Below are positions 11,436 to 26,729 of a stretch of 64,000 nt of DNA, in pieces (the stretch's first letter is position 1; every line of letters begins with the position of its first letter). Made by a program: the position numbers and the translations under genes. Origin of the DNA: Eledone cirrhosa (lineage: Eukaryota). The notes beneath the pieces are model-generated. The model searched no databases. It was not told where the DNA came from and saw only the letters and a program-made list of their open reading frames with translations. The stretch is taken from assembly GCA_964016885.1 (NCBI GenBank), contig OZ024766.1:9176001-9240000 (forward strand), given 5' to 3'.

Positions 11436-13290
11436 ACTACCACAGTGACAGCTAGCAGATACACTACCACTGATACTACAGCCTGTACTGCCACAACTGC
11501 TGATACAACAGCCTGTACTACCACAGTGACAGCTAGCAGATACACTACCACTGATACTACAGCCTGTACTGCCACAACTACTGATACAACAGCCTGTACT
11601 ACCACAGTGACAGCTAGCAGATACACTACCACTGATACTACAGCCTGTACTGCCACAACTACTGATACAACAGCCTGTACTACCACAGTGACAGCTAGCA
11701 GTTACACTACCACTGATACTACAGCCTGTACTGCCACACTACTGATACAACAGCCTGTACTACCAGTGACAGCTAGCAGTTACACTACCACTGATACTAC
11801 AGCCTGTACTGCCACAACTACTGATACAACAGCCTGTACTACCACAGTGACAGCTAGCAGATACACTACCACTGATACTACAGCCTGTACTGCCACAACT
11901 ACTGATACAACAGCCTGTACTACCACAGTGACAGCTAGCAGATACACTACCACTGATACTACAGCCTGTACTGCCACAACTGCTGATACAACAGCCTGTA
12001 CTACCACAGTGACAGCTAGCAGTTACACTACCACTGACACTACAGCCTGTACTGCCACAACTACTGATACAACAGCCTGTACTACCACAGTGACAGCTAG
12101 CAGATACACTACCACTGATACTACAGCCTGTACTGCCACACTACTGATACAACAGCCTGTACTACCAGTGACAGCTAGCAGTTACACTACCAGATACTAC
12201 AGCCTGTACTGCCACAACTACTGATACAACAGCCTGTACTACCAGTGACAGCTAGCAGTTACACTACCAGATACTACAGCCTGTACTGCCACAACTACTG
12301 ATACAACAGCCTGTACTACCACAGTGACAGCTAGCAGATACACTACCACTGATACTACAGCCTGTACTGCCACAACTACTGATACAACAGCCTGTACTAC
12401 CACAGTGACAGCTAGCAGTTACACTACCAGATACTACAGCCTGTACTGCCACAACTACTGATACAACAGCCTGTACTACCACAGTGACAGCTAGCAGTTA
12501 CACTACCAGATACTACAGCCTGTACTGCCACAACTACTGATACAACAGCCTGTACTACCACAGTGACAGCTAGCAGTTACACTACCAGATACTACAGCCT
12601 GTACTGCCACAACTACTGATACAACAGCCTGTACTACCACAGTGACAGCTAGCAGTTACACTACCACTGATACTACAGCCTGTACTGCCACAACTACTGA
12701 TACAACAGCCTGTACTACCACAGTGACAGCTAGCAGTTACACTACCAGATACTACAGCCTGTACTGCCACAACTACTGATACAACAGCCTGTACTACCAC
12801 AGTGACAGCTAGCAGTTACACTACCACTGATACTACAGCCTGTACTGCCACAACTACTGATACAACAGCCTGTACTACCACAGTGACAGCTAGCAGTTAC
12901 ACTACCAGATACTACAGCCTGTACTGCCACAACTACTGATACAACAGCCTGTACTACCACAGTGACAGCTAGCAGATACACTACCACTGATACTACAGCC
13001 TGTACTGCCACAACTACTGATACAACAGCCTGTACTACCACAGTGACAGCTAGCAGTTACACTACCAGATACTACAGCCTGTACTGCCACAACTACTGAT
13101 ACAACAGCCTGTACTACCACAGTGACAGCTAGCAGATACACTACCACTGATACTACAGCCTGTACTGCCACAACTACTGATACAACAGCCTGTACTATCA
13201 CAACAACCACCGTGACAGCTAGCAGTAGTATTTACACTACCACTGACACTACAGCCTGTACTGCCACAACTACTGATACTACAGCCAGTA
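11436..13290. repeat. 81/79-bp minisatellite (ACTACCACAGTGACAGCTAGCAG...)
   Basis: About 22 units; 2-bp indel variants break any reading frame. Confidence 0.9.
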
Positions 13291-13887
13291 CTACCACAAC
13301 TACTGTACTACAGCCTGCACTACCAACACAACCACTGTCTCTACTACAGCCTGAACTACCAACACAACCACTGTCTCTACTACAGCCTGTACTACCAACA
13401 CAACCACTGTCTCTACTACAGCCTGTACTACCAACACAACCACTGAACTACCACAACTACCACTGTGACAGCTTGCAGTAGCACCAACACTACCACTGAT
13501 ACTACAACAACCTGTACTACCACTATACTACCACCGAAACAGATAGCAGTAATATTAAAACTACCACTCTCTCTACTACAGCCTGTACCATCACCTCAAC
13601 CACTGTCTACTACAACCTGTACTACCACTGTTTGAGCTACCACCATTGCCACTTTGACAATTAGCAATACTATCACCTCAACCACTGCTTCTACTACAAC
13701 CTGTACCATTAATACTACCACCTATACTACTCGAGCTAGTATCGCCACTATACCAGCATTACAACTACTACTACCTATACCGTCATTAAAGCAAGCACCA
13801 CAACACAACCAATACAACCATCACCACTACCACCTATACTACCACTGAAGCAAGCACCACCACTACAACTGCCTATACACCATTGCT

Positions 13888-15168
13888 ATGATGGATAACA
13901 CTACCACCACCACCCACAACAACAACACCAACACCGACAACAACATCAACACCACCACCAACAACAACAACAGTAACAACAACACCACCACCAACAACAA
14001 CAGTAACAACACCACCACCACCAACAGTAACACCACCACCACCACCAACAGTAACACCACCAACAACAACAACAGTAACAACACCACCACCACCAACAAC
14101 AACAACAACAGTAACACCACCAACAACAACAACAGTAACACTACCACCAGCAACAACACCTCCACCACCACCACCACCAGTAACACCACAACCGACAACA
14201 ACAACAACAGTAAGAACAACAACAGCCTATATTCACAACAACAACATCACAGCTTCATCACCCTTCCGTCCCATTTTAAACCTCACCACCACCACCACCA
14301 AAACAACAACAACTACAACCACCACCACCACCACCATCAACATCATCATCATCAACACTACAACCAGCATCATAAACAACAACACCAACAACAACTAGTA
14401 CTACTATTACAACAACTACAACAAAAACACCACCACCACCAACAACAACACCAGCATGACCAACAACAACAACACCAACATGACCAACAACAACACCAAC
14501 AACAACAACAAAAACCACAAGGCCCACGTCAACAGAAAGGTTTACAGCGAGTGCTGTTGGTGGTGGCGATGCTGATGATGGTCACAAACCCCGTAGCGCA
14601 GGTTGGGGCCAAATTGTCGACCCTCACAAATGGTTTCTACAGGGCCCACCATTTCAAGCCAGACTTACTGAAACACATACCAGAAAGACTACTACAACAC
14701 CGCAATGAGGTTGGTAGCGATAGAGGTGGGGCGGCCAGGAGTGTAAACAGTATTTACAGTGGAGAACACCACTTCAAAACCACACAGCCCCACCAACTGA
14801 AGTCGAAGGACAAGGTGCAATTTTTAGGGGCCGTGCTGAAAAGGCACATCTCGGATTTACGACAGACCCAGAACAAACAGATAGAGTTAGTGTTCTTGGT
14901 CGACAATTCAGGAAGTGTGGGTGCACATAACTTTTTCAACGAGATCAAATTCGTCCGCAAGCTTTTGGCCGATTTCACAGTCGACCAGAACACGACCCGG
15001 GTGGCCATTGTGACCTTCTCGTCGAAAACGAAAATCATCAAACAGGTTGACTTCCTAACCGACGCCACTGCTGACAACCACAAGTGCTCCCTTTTTGAGG
15101 ACTACATACCCCAAATTAGGTACCTAGGTGGGGGTACATACACACTTGGAGCTTTCAAAATTGCAAAT
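13888..15168 (+). CDS. SVEP1: SVEP1/polydom-like, first visible coding exon (low-complexity leader, hydrophobic segment, N-terminal half of VWA); start codon uncertain
   Basis: IELVFLVDNSGSVG (MIDAS DxSxS), NFFNEIKFVRKLLADFTV..TRVAIVTFSS, HKCSL..YLGGGTYTLGAF resemble the SVEP1 VWA; donor GTAAGT at 15169, phase 0; in-frame stop upstream at 13846-13848. Confidence 0.85.
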
Positions 15169-15218
15169 GTAAGTGAAATGTTTATATTAAATTTAATTTT
15201 TTATCTTCTAACGAAAAA

Positions 15219-16290
15219 TTAACCCTTTAGCATTTAAACCGGCCATATCAGGCCAGGATTCTCTCACCTCTTTCTGTTCAAACCAGCCGTAACTGGCCAC
15301 TCATACTAATGTTATGGTATTGCTCCCAAAATAAATAATATCAAAATCTCATAGATTCGATATTATATATAATAATTAAAATTATTGTGTACAGTGCTCA
15401 GGTGCACAACAAATGATCAAAGGTGCATGCATAGTACATAGAATAATGTACAAATGTCAGGAAGTGAATGTGAGATAATTATGTGAAATAATTATGTGAG
15501 ATAAAGATTTACTGTGAAAATACAATAGTTTATATAGAGTAATGTAAATGTTATGTGAGATATTATGTGAGGTAAAGCCTTTACTGTGAAAATACAATAG
15601 TATATATAGAGTAATGTAAATGTTATGTGAGATATTATGTGAAGTAAAGCCTTTACTGTGAAAATATAATAGTATATATAGAATAATGTAAATGTTATGT
15701 GAGATATTATGTGAGGTAAAGCCTTTACTGTGAAAATACAATAGTATATATAGAATAATGTAAATGTTATGTGAGGTATTATGTGAGGTAAAGCCTTTAC
15801 TGTGAAAATACAATAGTATATATAGAGTAATGTAAATGTTATGTGAGGTATTATGTGAGGTATTATGTGAGGTAAAGCTTTTACTGTGAAAATACAATAG
15901 TATATATAGAGTAATGTAAATGTTATGTGAGGTATTATGTGAGGTAAAGCTTTTACTGTGAAAATACAATAGTATATATAGAGTAATGTAAATGTTATGT
16001 GAGATATTATGTGAGGTAAAGCCTTTACTGTGAAAATACAAAGTAAATATAGAGTAATGTAAATGTTATGTGAGGTATTATGTGAGGTAAAGCCTTCACT
16101 GTGAAAATATAATAGTATATATAGAGTATTGTAAATGTTATGTGAGATATTATGTGAGGTAAAGCCTTTACTGTGAAAATACAATAGTATATATAGAGTA
16201 ATGTAAATGTTATGTGAGGTATTATGTGAGGTAAAGCTTTTACTGTGAAAATACAATAGTATATATAGAGTAATATAGATATTATGTGAG
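15219..16290. mobile_element. piggyBac-like MITE left end plus CR1 3' UTR piece plus 72-bp tandem expansion of MITE internal sequence
   Basis: Starts TTAACCCTTTAGCATTTAAACCGGCC like the complete MITE at 53839; about 11 units of ATGTAAATGTTATGTGAG...TATAGAGTA. Confidence 0.75.
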
Positions 16291-16424
16291 ATGGTTTTGT
16301 AGGAGACACGGCCAACAGCACCCAGCACACACTGTAAATGTGATTGGCGTAGGGAAGGGCATCCAACAGTAGAAAACCAGCCCAAAACAGTCCTATACAA
16401 ACGAGACATGGTCACCCGACTGTG

Positions 16425-19400
16425 AGCAGTACTGTAATGTGGTCTAGGATGTCTGTATGTAACAACCCTGTCCCAGATGTGGTAGCAGTACTGTAATGTG
16501 GTCTAGGGTGTCTGTATGTAACAACACTGTCCCAGATGTGGTAGCAGTACTGTAATGTGGTCTAGGGTGTCTGTATGTAACAACAACACTGTCCCAGATG
16601 TGGTAGCAGTACTGTAATGTGGTCTAGGGTGTCTGTATGTAACTACAACACTGTCCCAGATGTGGTAGCAGTACTGTTATGTGGTCTAGGATGTCTGTAT
16701 GTAACAACAACACTGTCCCAGATGTGGTAGCAGTACTGTAATGTGGTCTAGGATGTCTGTATGTAACAACACTGTCCCAGATGTGGTAGCAGTACTGTAA
16801 TGTGGTCTAGGATGTCTGTATGTAACAACACTGTCCCAGATGTGGTAGCAGTACTGTAATGTGGTCTAGGATGTCTGTATGTAACAACACTGTCCCAGAT
16901 GTGGTAGCAGTACTGTAATGTGGTCTAGGATGTCTGTATGTAACAACACTGTCCCAGATGTGGTAGCAGTACTGTTATGTGGTCTAGGATGTCTGTATGT
17001 AACAACACTGTCCCAGATGTGGTAGCAGTACTTTAATGTGGTCTAGGATGTCTGTATGTAACAACACTGTCCCAGATGTGGTAGCAGTACTGTAATGTGG
17101 TCTAGGATGTCTGTATGTAACAATAACACTGTCCCAGATGTGGTAGCAGTACTGTAATGTGGTCTAGGGTGTCTGTATGTAACAACACTGTCCCAGATAT
17201 GGTAGCAGTACTGTAATGTGGTCTAGGGTGTCTGTATGTAACAACACTGTCCCAGATGTGGTAGCAGTACTGTAATGTGGTCTAGGATGTCTGTATGTAA
17301 CAACACTGTCCCAGATGTGGTAGCAGTACTGTTATGTGGTCTAGGATGTCTGTATGTAACAACACTGTCCCAGATGTGGTAGCAGTACTTTAATGTGGTC
17401 TAGGATGTCTGTATGTAACAACACTGTCCCAGATGTGGTAGCAGTGCTGTAATGTGGTCTAGGATGTCTGTATGTAACAACACTGTCCCAGATGTGGTAG
17501 CAGTACTGTAATGTGGTCTAGGGTGTCTGTATGTAACTACAACCCTGCCCCAGATGTGGTAGCAGTACTGTAATGTGGTCTAGGATGTCTGTATGTAACA
17601 ACACTGTCCCAGATGTGGTAGCAGTAGTGTAATGTGGTCTAGGGTGTCTGTATGTAACTACAACCCTGCCCCAGATGTGGTAGCAGTACTGTAATGTGGT
17701 CTAGGATGTCTGTATGTAACAACACTGTCCCAGATGTGGTAGCAGTACTGTAATGTGGTCTAGGATGTCTGTATGTAACAACACTGTCCCAGATGTGGTA
17801 GCAGTACTGTAATGTGGTCTAGGGTGTCTGTATGTAACAACCCTGTCCCAGATGTGGTAGCAGTACTGTAATGTGGTCTAGGGTGTCTGTATGTAACAAC
17901 ACTGTCCCAGATGTGGTAGCAGTACTGTAATGTGGTCTAGGATGTCTGTATGTAACACTGTCCCAGATGTGGTAGCAGTACTGTAATGTGGTCTAGGGTG
18001 TCTGTATGTAACAACAACACTGTCCCAGATGTGGTAGCAGTACTGTAATGTGGTCTAGGATGTCTGTATGTAACTACACTGTCCCAGATGTGGTAGCAGT
18101 ACTGTAATGTGGTCTAGGATGTCTGTATGTAACAACACTGTCCCAGATGTGGTAGCAGTACTGTAATGTGGTCTAGGATGTCTGTATGTAACAACAACAC
18201 TGTCCCAGATGTGGTAGCAGTACTGTAATGTGGTCTAGGATGTCTGTATGTAACTACAACACTGTCCCAGATGTGGTAGCAGTACTGTAATGTGGTCTAG
18301 GATGTCTGTATGTAACAACACTGTCCCAGATGTGGTAGCAGTACTGTAATGTGGTCTAGGATGTCTGTATGTAACAATAACACTGTCCCAGATGTGGTAG
18401 CAGTACTGTAATGTGGTCTAGGATGTCTGTATGTAACAACACTGTCCCAGATGTGGTAGCAGTACTGTAATGTGGTCTAGGGTGTCTGTATGTAACAACA
18501 CTGTCCCAGATGTGGTAGCAGTACTGTAATGTGGTCTAGGATGTCTGTATGTAACAACAACACTGTCCCAGATGTGGTAGCAGTACTGTAATGTGGTCTA
18601 GGATGTCTGTATGTAACTACACTGTCCCAGATGTGGTAGCAGTACTGTAATGTGGTCTAGGATGTCTGTATGTAACAATAACACTGTCCCAGATGTGGTA
18701 GCAGTACTGTAATGTGGTCTAGGATGTCTGTATGTAACAATAACACTGTCCCAGATGTGGTAGCAGTACTGTAATGTGGTCTAGGATGTCTGTATGTAAC
18801 AACACTGTCCCAGATGTGGTAGCAGTAGTGTAATGTGGTCTAGGATGTCTGTATGTAACAACACTGTCCCAGATGTGGTAGCAGTACTGTAATGTGGTCT
18901 AGGGTGTCTGTATGTAACAACACTGTCCCAGATGTGGTAGCAGTACTGTAATGTGGTCTAGGATGTCTGTATGTAACTACAACACTGTCCCAGATGTGGT
19001 AGCAGTACTGTAATGTGGTCTAGGATGTCTGTATGTAACAACAACACTGTCCCAGATGTGGTAGCAGTACTGTAATGTGGTCTAGGATGTCTGTATGTAA
19101 CAACAACACTGTCCCAGATGTGGTAGCAGTACTGTAATGTGGTCTAGGATGTCTATATGTAACTACAACACTGTCCCAGATGTGGTAGCAGTACTGTAAT
19201 GTGGTCTAGGGTGTCTGTATGTAACAACACTGTCCTAGATATGGTAGCAGTACTGTAATGTGGTCTAGGATGTCTGTATGTAACAACACTGTCCCAGATG
19301 TGGTAGCAGTACTGTAATGTGGTCTAGGATGTCTGTATGTAACAATAACACTGTCCCAGATGTGGTAGCAGTGCTGTAATGTGGTCTAGGGTGTCTGTAT

Positions 19401-22400
19401 GTAACAACACTGTCCCAGATGTGGTAGCAGTACTGTAATGTGGTCTAGGATGTCTGTATGTAACTACAACACTGTCCCAGATGTGGTAGCAGTACTGTAA
19501 TGTGGTCTAGGATGTCTGTATGTAACAACACTGTCCCAGATGTGGTAGCAGTACTGTAATGTGGTCTAGGATGTCTGTATGTAACAACAACACTGTCCCA
19601 GATGTGGTAGCAGTACTGTAATGTGGTCTAGGATGTCTGTATGTAACAACACTGTCCCAGATGTGGTAGCAGTACTGTAATGTGGTCTAGGATGTCTGTA
19701 TGTAACAACAACACTGTCCCAGATGTGGTAGCAGTACTGTAATGTGGTCTAGGATGTCTGTATGTAACAACACTGTCCCAGATGTGGTAGCAGTACTGTA
19801 ATGTGGTCTAGGATGTCTGTATGTAACAACACTGTCCCAGATGTGGTAGCAGTACTGTAATGTGGTCTAGGATGTCTGTATGTAACAACACTGTCCCAGA
19901 TGTGGTAGCAGTACTTTAATGTGGTCTAGGATGTCTGTATGTAACTACAACACTGTCCCAGATGTGGTAGCAGTACTGTAATGTGGTCTAGGATGTCTGT
20001 ATGTAACAACACTGTCCCAGATGTGGTAGCAGTACTGTAATGTGGTCTAGGATGTCTGTATGTAACAACACTGTCCCAGATGTGGTAGCAGTACTGTAAT
20101 GTGGTCTAGGATGTCTGTATGTAACTACAACACTGTCCCAGATGTGGTAGCAGTACTGTAATGTGGTCTAGGGTGTCTGTATGTAACAACACTGTCCCAG
20201 ATGTGGTAGCAGTACTGTAATGTGGTCTAGGATGTCTGTATGTAACAACACTGTCCCAGATGTGGTAGCAGTACTGTAATGTGGTCTAGGATGTCTGTAT
20301 GTAACTACAACACTGTCCCAGATGTGGTAGCAGTACTGTAATGTGGTCTAGGATGTCTGTATGTAACTACAACACTGTCCCAGATGTGGTAGCAGTACTG
20401 TAATGTGGTCTAGGATGTCTGTATGTAACAATAACACTGTCCCAGATGTGGTAGCAGTACTGTAATGTGGTCTAGGATGTCTGTATGTAACAACACTGTC
20501 CCAGATGTGGTAGCAGTACTGTAATGTGGTCTAGGATGTCTGTATGTAACAACAACACTGTCCCAGATGTGGTAGCAGTACTTTAATGTGGTCTAGGATG
20601 TCTGTATGTAACACTGTCCCAGATGTGGTAGCAGTACTGTAATGTGGTCTAGGATGTCTGTATGTAACAACACTGTCCCAGATGTGGTAGCAGTACTTTA
20701 ATGTGGTCTAGGATGTCTGTATGTAACTACAACACTGTCCCAGATGTGGTAGCAGTACTGTAATGTGGTCTAGGATGTCTGTATGTAACACTGTCCCAGA
20801 TGTGGTAGCAGTACTGTAATGTGGTCTAGGATGTCTGTATGTAACAACACTGTCCCAGATGTGGTAGCAGTACTTTAATGTGGTCTAGGATGTCTGTATG
20901 TAACAACAACACTGTCCCAGATGTGGTAGCAGTAGTGTAATGTGGTCTAGGATGTCTGTATGTAACAACACTGTCCCAGATGTGGTAGCAGTACTGTAAT
21001 GTGGTCTAGGGTGTCTGTATGTAACAACACTGTCCCAGATGTGGTAGCAGTACTGTAATGTGGTCTAGGGTGTCTGTATGTAACAACACTGTCCCAGATA
21101 TGATAGCAGTACTGTTATGTGGTCTAGGGTGTCTGTATGTAACAACACTGTCCCAGATGTGGTAGCAGTACTGTAATGTGGTCTAGGATGTCTGTATGTA
21201 ACAACACTGTCCCAGATGTGGTAGCAGTACTGTAATGTGGTCTAGGATGTCTGTATGTAACAACACTGTCCCAGATGTGGTAGCAGTACTGTAATGTGGT
21301 CTAGGATGTCTGTATGTAACAACACTGTCCCAGATGTGGTAGCAGTACTGTAATGTGGTCTAGGATGTCTGTATGTAACAGCACTGTCCCAGATGTGGTA
21401 GCAGTACTGTAATGTGGTCTAGGATGTCTGTATGTAACAATAACACTGTCCCAGATGTGGTAGCAGTACTGTAATGTGGTCTAGGGTGTCTGTATGTAAC
21501 AACAACACTGTCCCAGATGTGGTAGCAGTACTGTAATGTGGTCTAGGATGTCTGTATGTAACAACACTGTCCCAGATGTGGTAGCAGTACTGTAATGTGG
21601 TCTAGGGTGTCTGTATGTAACAACAACACTGTCCCAGATGTGGTAGCAGTACTGTAATGTGGTCTAGGATGTCTGTATGTAACAACACTGTCCCAGATAT
21701 GATAGCAGTACTGTTATGTGGTCTAGGGTGTCTGTATGTAACAACACTGTCCCAGATGTGGTAGCAGTACTGTAATGTGGTCTAGGGTGTCTGTATGTAA
21801 CAACACTGTCCCAGATGTGGTAGCAGTACTGTAATGTGGTCTAGGGTGTCTGTATGTAACAACACTGTCCCAGATGTGGTAGCAGTACTGTAATGTGGTC
21901 TAGGGTGTCTGTATGTAACAGCACTGTCCTAGATATGGTACCAGTACTGTAATGTGGTCTAGGGTGTCTGTATGTAACAACACTGTCCCAGATGTGGTAG
22001 CAGTACTGTAATGTGGTCTAGGATGTCTGTATGTAACAACACTGTCCCAGATGTGGTAGCAGTACTGTAATGTGGTCTAGGATGTCTGTATGTAACAACA
22101 CTGTCCTAGATATGGTAGCAGTACTGTAATGTGGTCTAGGATGTCTGTATGTAACAACACTGTCCTAGATATGGTACCAGTACTGTAATGTGGTCTAGGG
22201 TGTCTGTATGTAACAACACTGTCCCAGATGTGGTAGCAGTACTGTAATGTGGTCTAGGGTGTCTGTATGTAACTACACTGTCCCAGATGTGGTAGCAGTA
22301 CTGTAATGTGGTCTAGGATGTCTGTATGTAACAACACTGTCCTAGATATGGTAGCAGTACTGTAATGTGGTCTAGGATGTCTGTATGTAACAACACTGTC

Positions 22401-23172
22401 CCAGATGTGGTAGCAGTACTGTAATGTGGTCTAGGATGTCTGTATGTAACAACACTGTCCCAGATGTGGTACCAGTACTGTAATGTGGTCTAGGGTGTCT
22501 GTATGTAACAACACTGTCCCAGATGTGGTAGCAGTACTGTTATGTGGTCTAGGATGTCTGTATGTAACAACACTGTCCCAGATGTGGTAGCAGTACTGTA
22601 ATGTGGTCTAGGATGTCTGTATGTAACAACACTGTCCCAGATATGATAGCAGTACTGTAATGTGGTCTAGGGTGTCTGTATGTAACAACACTGTCCTAGA
22701 TATGGTAGCAGTACTGTAATGTGGTCTAGGATGTCTGTATGTAACAACACTGTCCTAGATATGGTACCAGTACTGTAATGTGGTCTAGGGTGTCTGTATG
22801 TAACAACACTGTCCCAGATGTGGTAGCAGTAGTGTAATGTGGTCTAGGGTGTCTGTATGTAACAACACTGTCCTAGATATGGTAGCAGTACTGTAATGTG
22901 GTCTAGGATGTCTGTATGTAACAACACTGTCCCAGATGTGGTAGCAGTACTGTAATGTGGTCTAGGATGTCTGTATGTAACAACACTGTCCCAGATGTGG
23001 TACCAGTACTGTAATGTGGTCTAGGGTGTCTGTATGTAACAACACTGTCCCAGATGTGGTAGCAGTACTGTAATGTGGTCTAGGATGTCTGTATGTAACA
23101 ACACTGTCCCAGATATGGTAGCAGTACTGTAATGTGGTCTAGGATGTCTGTATGTAACAACACTGTCTCAGA
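16425..23172. repeat. 59-bp minisatellite, over 100 copies (56/59/62-bp variants)
   Basis: Unit TGTCCCAGATGTGGTAGCAGTACTGTAATGTGGTCTAGGATGTCTGTATGTAACAACAC; length varies by (AAC)n. Confidence 0.97.
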
Positions 23173-23284
23173 TAGGTGAGCTCTAGTTTTACAATTTTAT
23201 GTTCCAAACAGATTTTATAAGTAAGTTAAATATATTACTAAATTCTCCAAATTCTTGATTATTTTCAAAATTATTTGAAAAGCC

Positions 23285-24730
23285 ATAGACAGTGTCTTTC
23301 ATTAGAAATATGGTAATGAAAGGGTTAATGACATAGACAGTGTATTTCATTAGAAATATGGTAATGACAGGGTTAATGATAGAGACAGTGTCTTTCATTA
23401 GAAATATGGTAATGAAAGGGTTAATGACATAGACAGTGTCTTTCATTAGAAATATGGTAATGGAAGGGTTAATGACATAGTGTCTTTCATTAGAAATATG
23501 GTAATGACAGGGTTAATGACATATACAGTGTCTTTCATTAGAAATATGGTAATGAAAGGGTTAATGACATAGACAGTGTCTTTCATTAGAAATATGGTAA
23601 TGACAGGGTTAATGATAGAGACAGTCTCTTTCATTAGAAATATGGTAATGAAAGGGTTAAAGACATAGACAGTGTCTTTCATTAGAAATATGGTAATGAA
23701 AGGGTTAATGACATAGACAGTGTCTTTCATTAGAAATATGTTAATGCAAGGGTTAATGACATAGACAGTGTCTTTCCTTAGAAATATGGTAATGAAAGGG
23801 TTAAAGACATAGGTAGTGTCTTTCATTAGAAATATGGTAATGAAAGGGTTAATGACATAGACAGTGTCTTTCCTTAGAAATATGGTAATGAAAGGGTTAA
23901 AGACATAGACAGTGTCTTTCATTAGAAATATGGTAATGAAAGGGTTAATGACATAGACAGTGTCTTTCATTAGAAATATGATAATGAAAGGGTTAATGAC
24001 ATAGGTAGTGTCTTTCCTTAGAAATATGGTAATGAAAGGGTTAAAGTCATAGACAGTGTCTTTCCTTAGAAATATGGTAATGAAAGGGTTAAAGACATAG
24101 ACAGTGTCTTTCATTAGAAATATGGTGATGCAAGGGTTAATGACATAGACAGTGTCTTTCATTAGAAATATGGTAATGAAAGGGTTAATGACATAGACAG
24201 TGCCTTTCATTAGAAATATGGTAATGAAAGGGTTAAAGACATAGACAGTGTCTTTCCTTAGAAATATGTTAATGAAAGGGTTAAAGACATAGACAGTGTC
24301 TTTCATTAGAAATATAGTAATGAAAGGGTTAATGACATAGACAGTGTCTTTCATTAGAAATATGGTAATGAAAGGGTTAAAGACATAGACAGTGTCTTTC
24401 ATTAGAAATATAGCAATGAAAGGGTTAATGACATAGACAGTGTCTTTCATTAGAAATATGGTAATGAAAGGGGTAATGACATAGGTAGTGTCTTTCCTTA
24501 GAAATATGGCAACTAAAGGGGTTAAAATCTTTATATTTATATTTCAAAATCATCTGAAAGACCATAGGCAGTGTCTTTCATTAGAAATATGGTAATGACA
24601 GGGTTAATGATATAGGTAGTGTCTTTCATTAGAAATATGACAACTAAAGGGGTTAAAATCTTTATATTTATATTTCAAAATCATCTGAAAGACCATAGGC
24701 AGTGTCTTTCATTAGAAATATGATAACAAA
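23285..24730. repeat. 48-bp minisatellite ending in GGGTTAA, probably an amplified MITE right terminus
   Basis: GACATAGACAGTGTCTTTCATTAGAAATATGGTAATGAAAGGGTTAAT; internal hairpin CTTTCATTA/TAATGAAAG. Confidence 0.9.
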
Positions 24731-24867
24731 ATGGTTTCTCTGTTGGGTGCAGCTCTCTTTAAATAAAGTTAAAGGGGGGGAAAACGGAAATAAAATCAAA
24801 CTGAAAGAGCCGGTATTTTGTGTATAGAACAGTAAGCATGTGGTATTTCCTGTATGGGACAAATAGA

Positions 24868-25761
24868 GTGTTGTTGTTGGTGGTGGTGATGGTGGTGGTG
24901 GTGGTGGTGGTGGTGGTGGTTGTGGTTGTGTGGTGGTGGTGGTGTTGGTGGTTGTGTTGTGGTGGTCGTGGTGTGGTGTGGTGGTGGTGGTTGTGGTGTT
25001 GGTGGTTGTGGTGGTGTTGGTGGTTGTGGTGGTGTGGTGGTTGTGGTGGTGTGGTGGTTGTGGTGGTGTTGGTGGTGGTGGTGGTGTTGGTGGTGGTGGT
25101 GTTGGTGGTTGTAGTGTTGGTGTGGTGTTGGTGGTGGTTGTGGTGTTAGTGCGGTGTTGGTGGTGGTGTTGGTGGTTGTGGTGGTGGTGTGGTGTTGGTT
25201 GTGGTGTGTTGGTAGTGATGGTGTGTTGGTGGTGGTGTGGTGTTGGTGGTGGTGTGGTGTTGGTGGTGGTGTGGTGTTGGTGTGTTGGTAGTGATGGTGT
25301 GTTGGTGGTGGTGTGTTGGTGGTGGTGTTGTGGTGGTGGTGTGGTGGTGGTGTGATGTTGGTGGTGGTTGTGTTGGTTGTTGTGTTGTTAGTGGTGGTGG
25401 TGGTGTGGTGGTGGTGTGATGTTGGTGGTGGTTGTGTTGGTTGTTGTGTTGTTAGTGGTGGTGGTGGTGTTGGTTGTTGTGGTGTTGGTGTGGTGTTGTT
25501 GTTGGTGGTGGTGTTGTTAGTGGTGGTGGTGTTGGTAGTTGGTTGTTGTTGGTGTGGTGTTGTTGTTGGTTGTGGTGCTGTTAGTGGTGGTGGTGGTGGT
25601 TGTGTTGGTTGTGGTGCTGTTAGTGGTGGTGGTGGTGGTGTTGGTTGTGGTGCTATTAGTGGTGGTGGTGTTGGTGTTGTTGTTTTCTATGAAATCAAGA
25701 AAACCAGAAGATATCTTCTCCAGAAATGAAATGGTGACTGAAGCAGACACGTGTGTGTGTG

Positions 25762-25794
<33 letters not shown>

Positions 25795-26665
25795 TTGTGC
25801 ATACACACATACACACATTCATATATACATACATACACACACATACATACACGCCTACATACATACACACACACACATACATACCTACACACATAGTCAT
25901 ACATACATATATAGAAATATATATATACCCACACACGTGTGTATATATACAAACACACACACACACATATACATACATACACATATATACATACATACAC
26001 ACATACACACACAAACATACATACACACGCACACACAACACAAACATACATACACATACATACACACAACACAAACATACACACACATACATACACACAC
26101 ACACACATACATACATATACACACACAAACATACATACATACACACACACACACATCTACACCCACACACACAAACACACACATACATACCTACCTACAC
26201 ACATACACACATCTACACCCACACATACACACACACACACACCCATCTATCCATACATACATACACACACACATACACACATCTACACCCACACATACAC
26301 ACACACATCCATCCATCCATCCATACACACACATACATACATACATACACCAATACATATACACAAGCCGACACTTGTATTCAGCGTGGGTGTATACAGT
26401 GTATACATGTGTGTATATATATGTAGTATTGAAAGTATAAACACCAACACATTGTTATATATGTCGAGGGTGTAGAATTACACAAGATTTGTGTTAATGT
26501 TTCCTTTTTCTTGACCTTCTTCACTATATACACTTCCTGTAGAAAAACACTGGATATATATATATACATTCCATCTGTGTGTATATATATATATGTGTGT
26601 GTCTATATATATATGTATATATATATATATGTGTGTATGTGTGTGTGTGTATATATATATGTGTA

Positions 26666-26700
<35 letters not shown>

Positions 26701-26725
26701 GTGTATGTGTGTGTGTGTATATATA
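24868..26725. repeat. (GGT/GTT)n, (CA/CATA)n and (TA/TG)n low-complexity block
   Basis: Direct inspection. Confidence 0.9.
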
Positions 26726-26729
26726 TTAA

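Noticed and set aside
11397-13481. Mucin-like Thr-rich ORFs as an upstream SVEP1 exon
   Set aside because: 2-bp indels between 81-bp units shift the frame repeatedly; no supportable splice link
23446-24450. 334-aa repeat ORF (MKDTVYVINPFITIFL)n
   Set aside because: Artefact of a 48-bp unit being a multiple of 3; the unit looks like a MITE terminus
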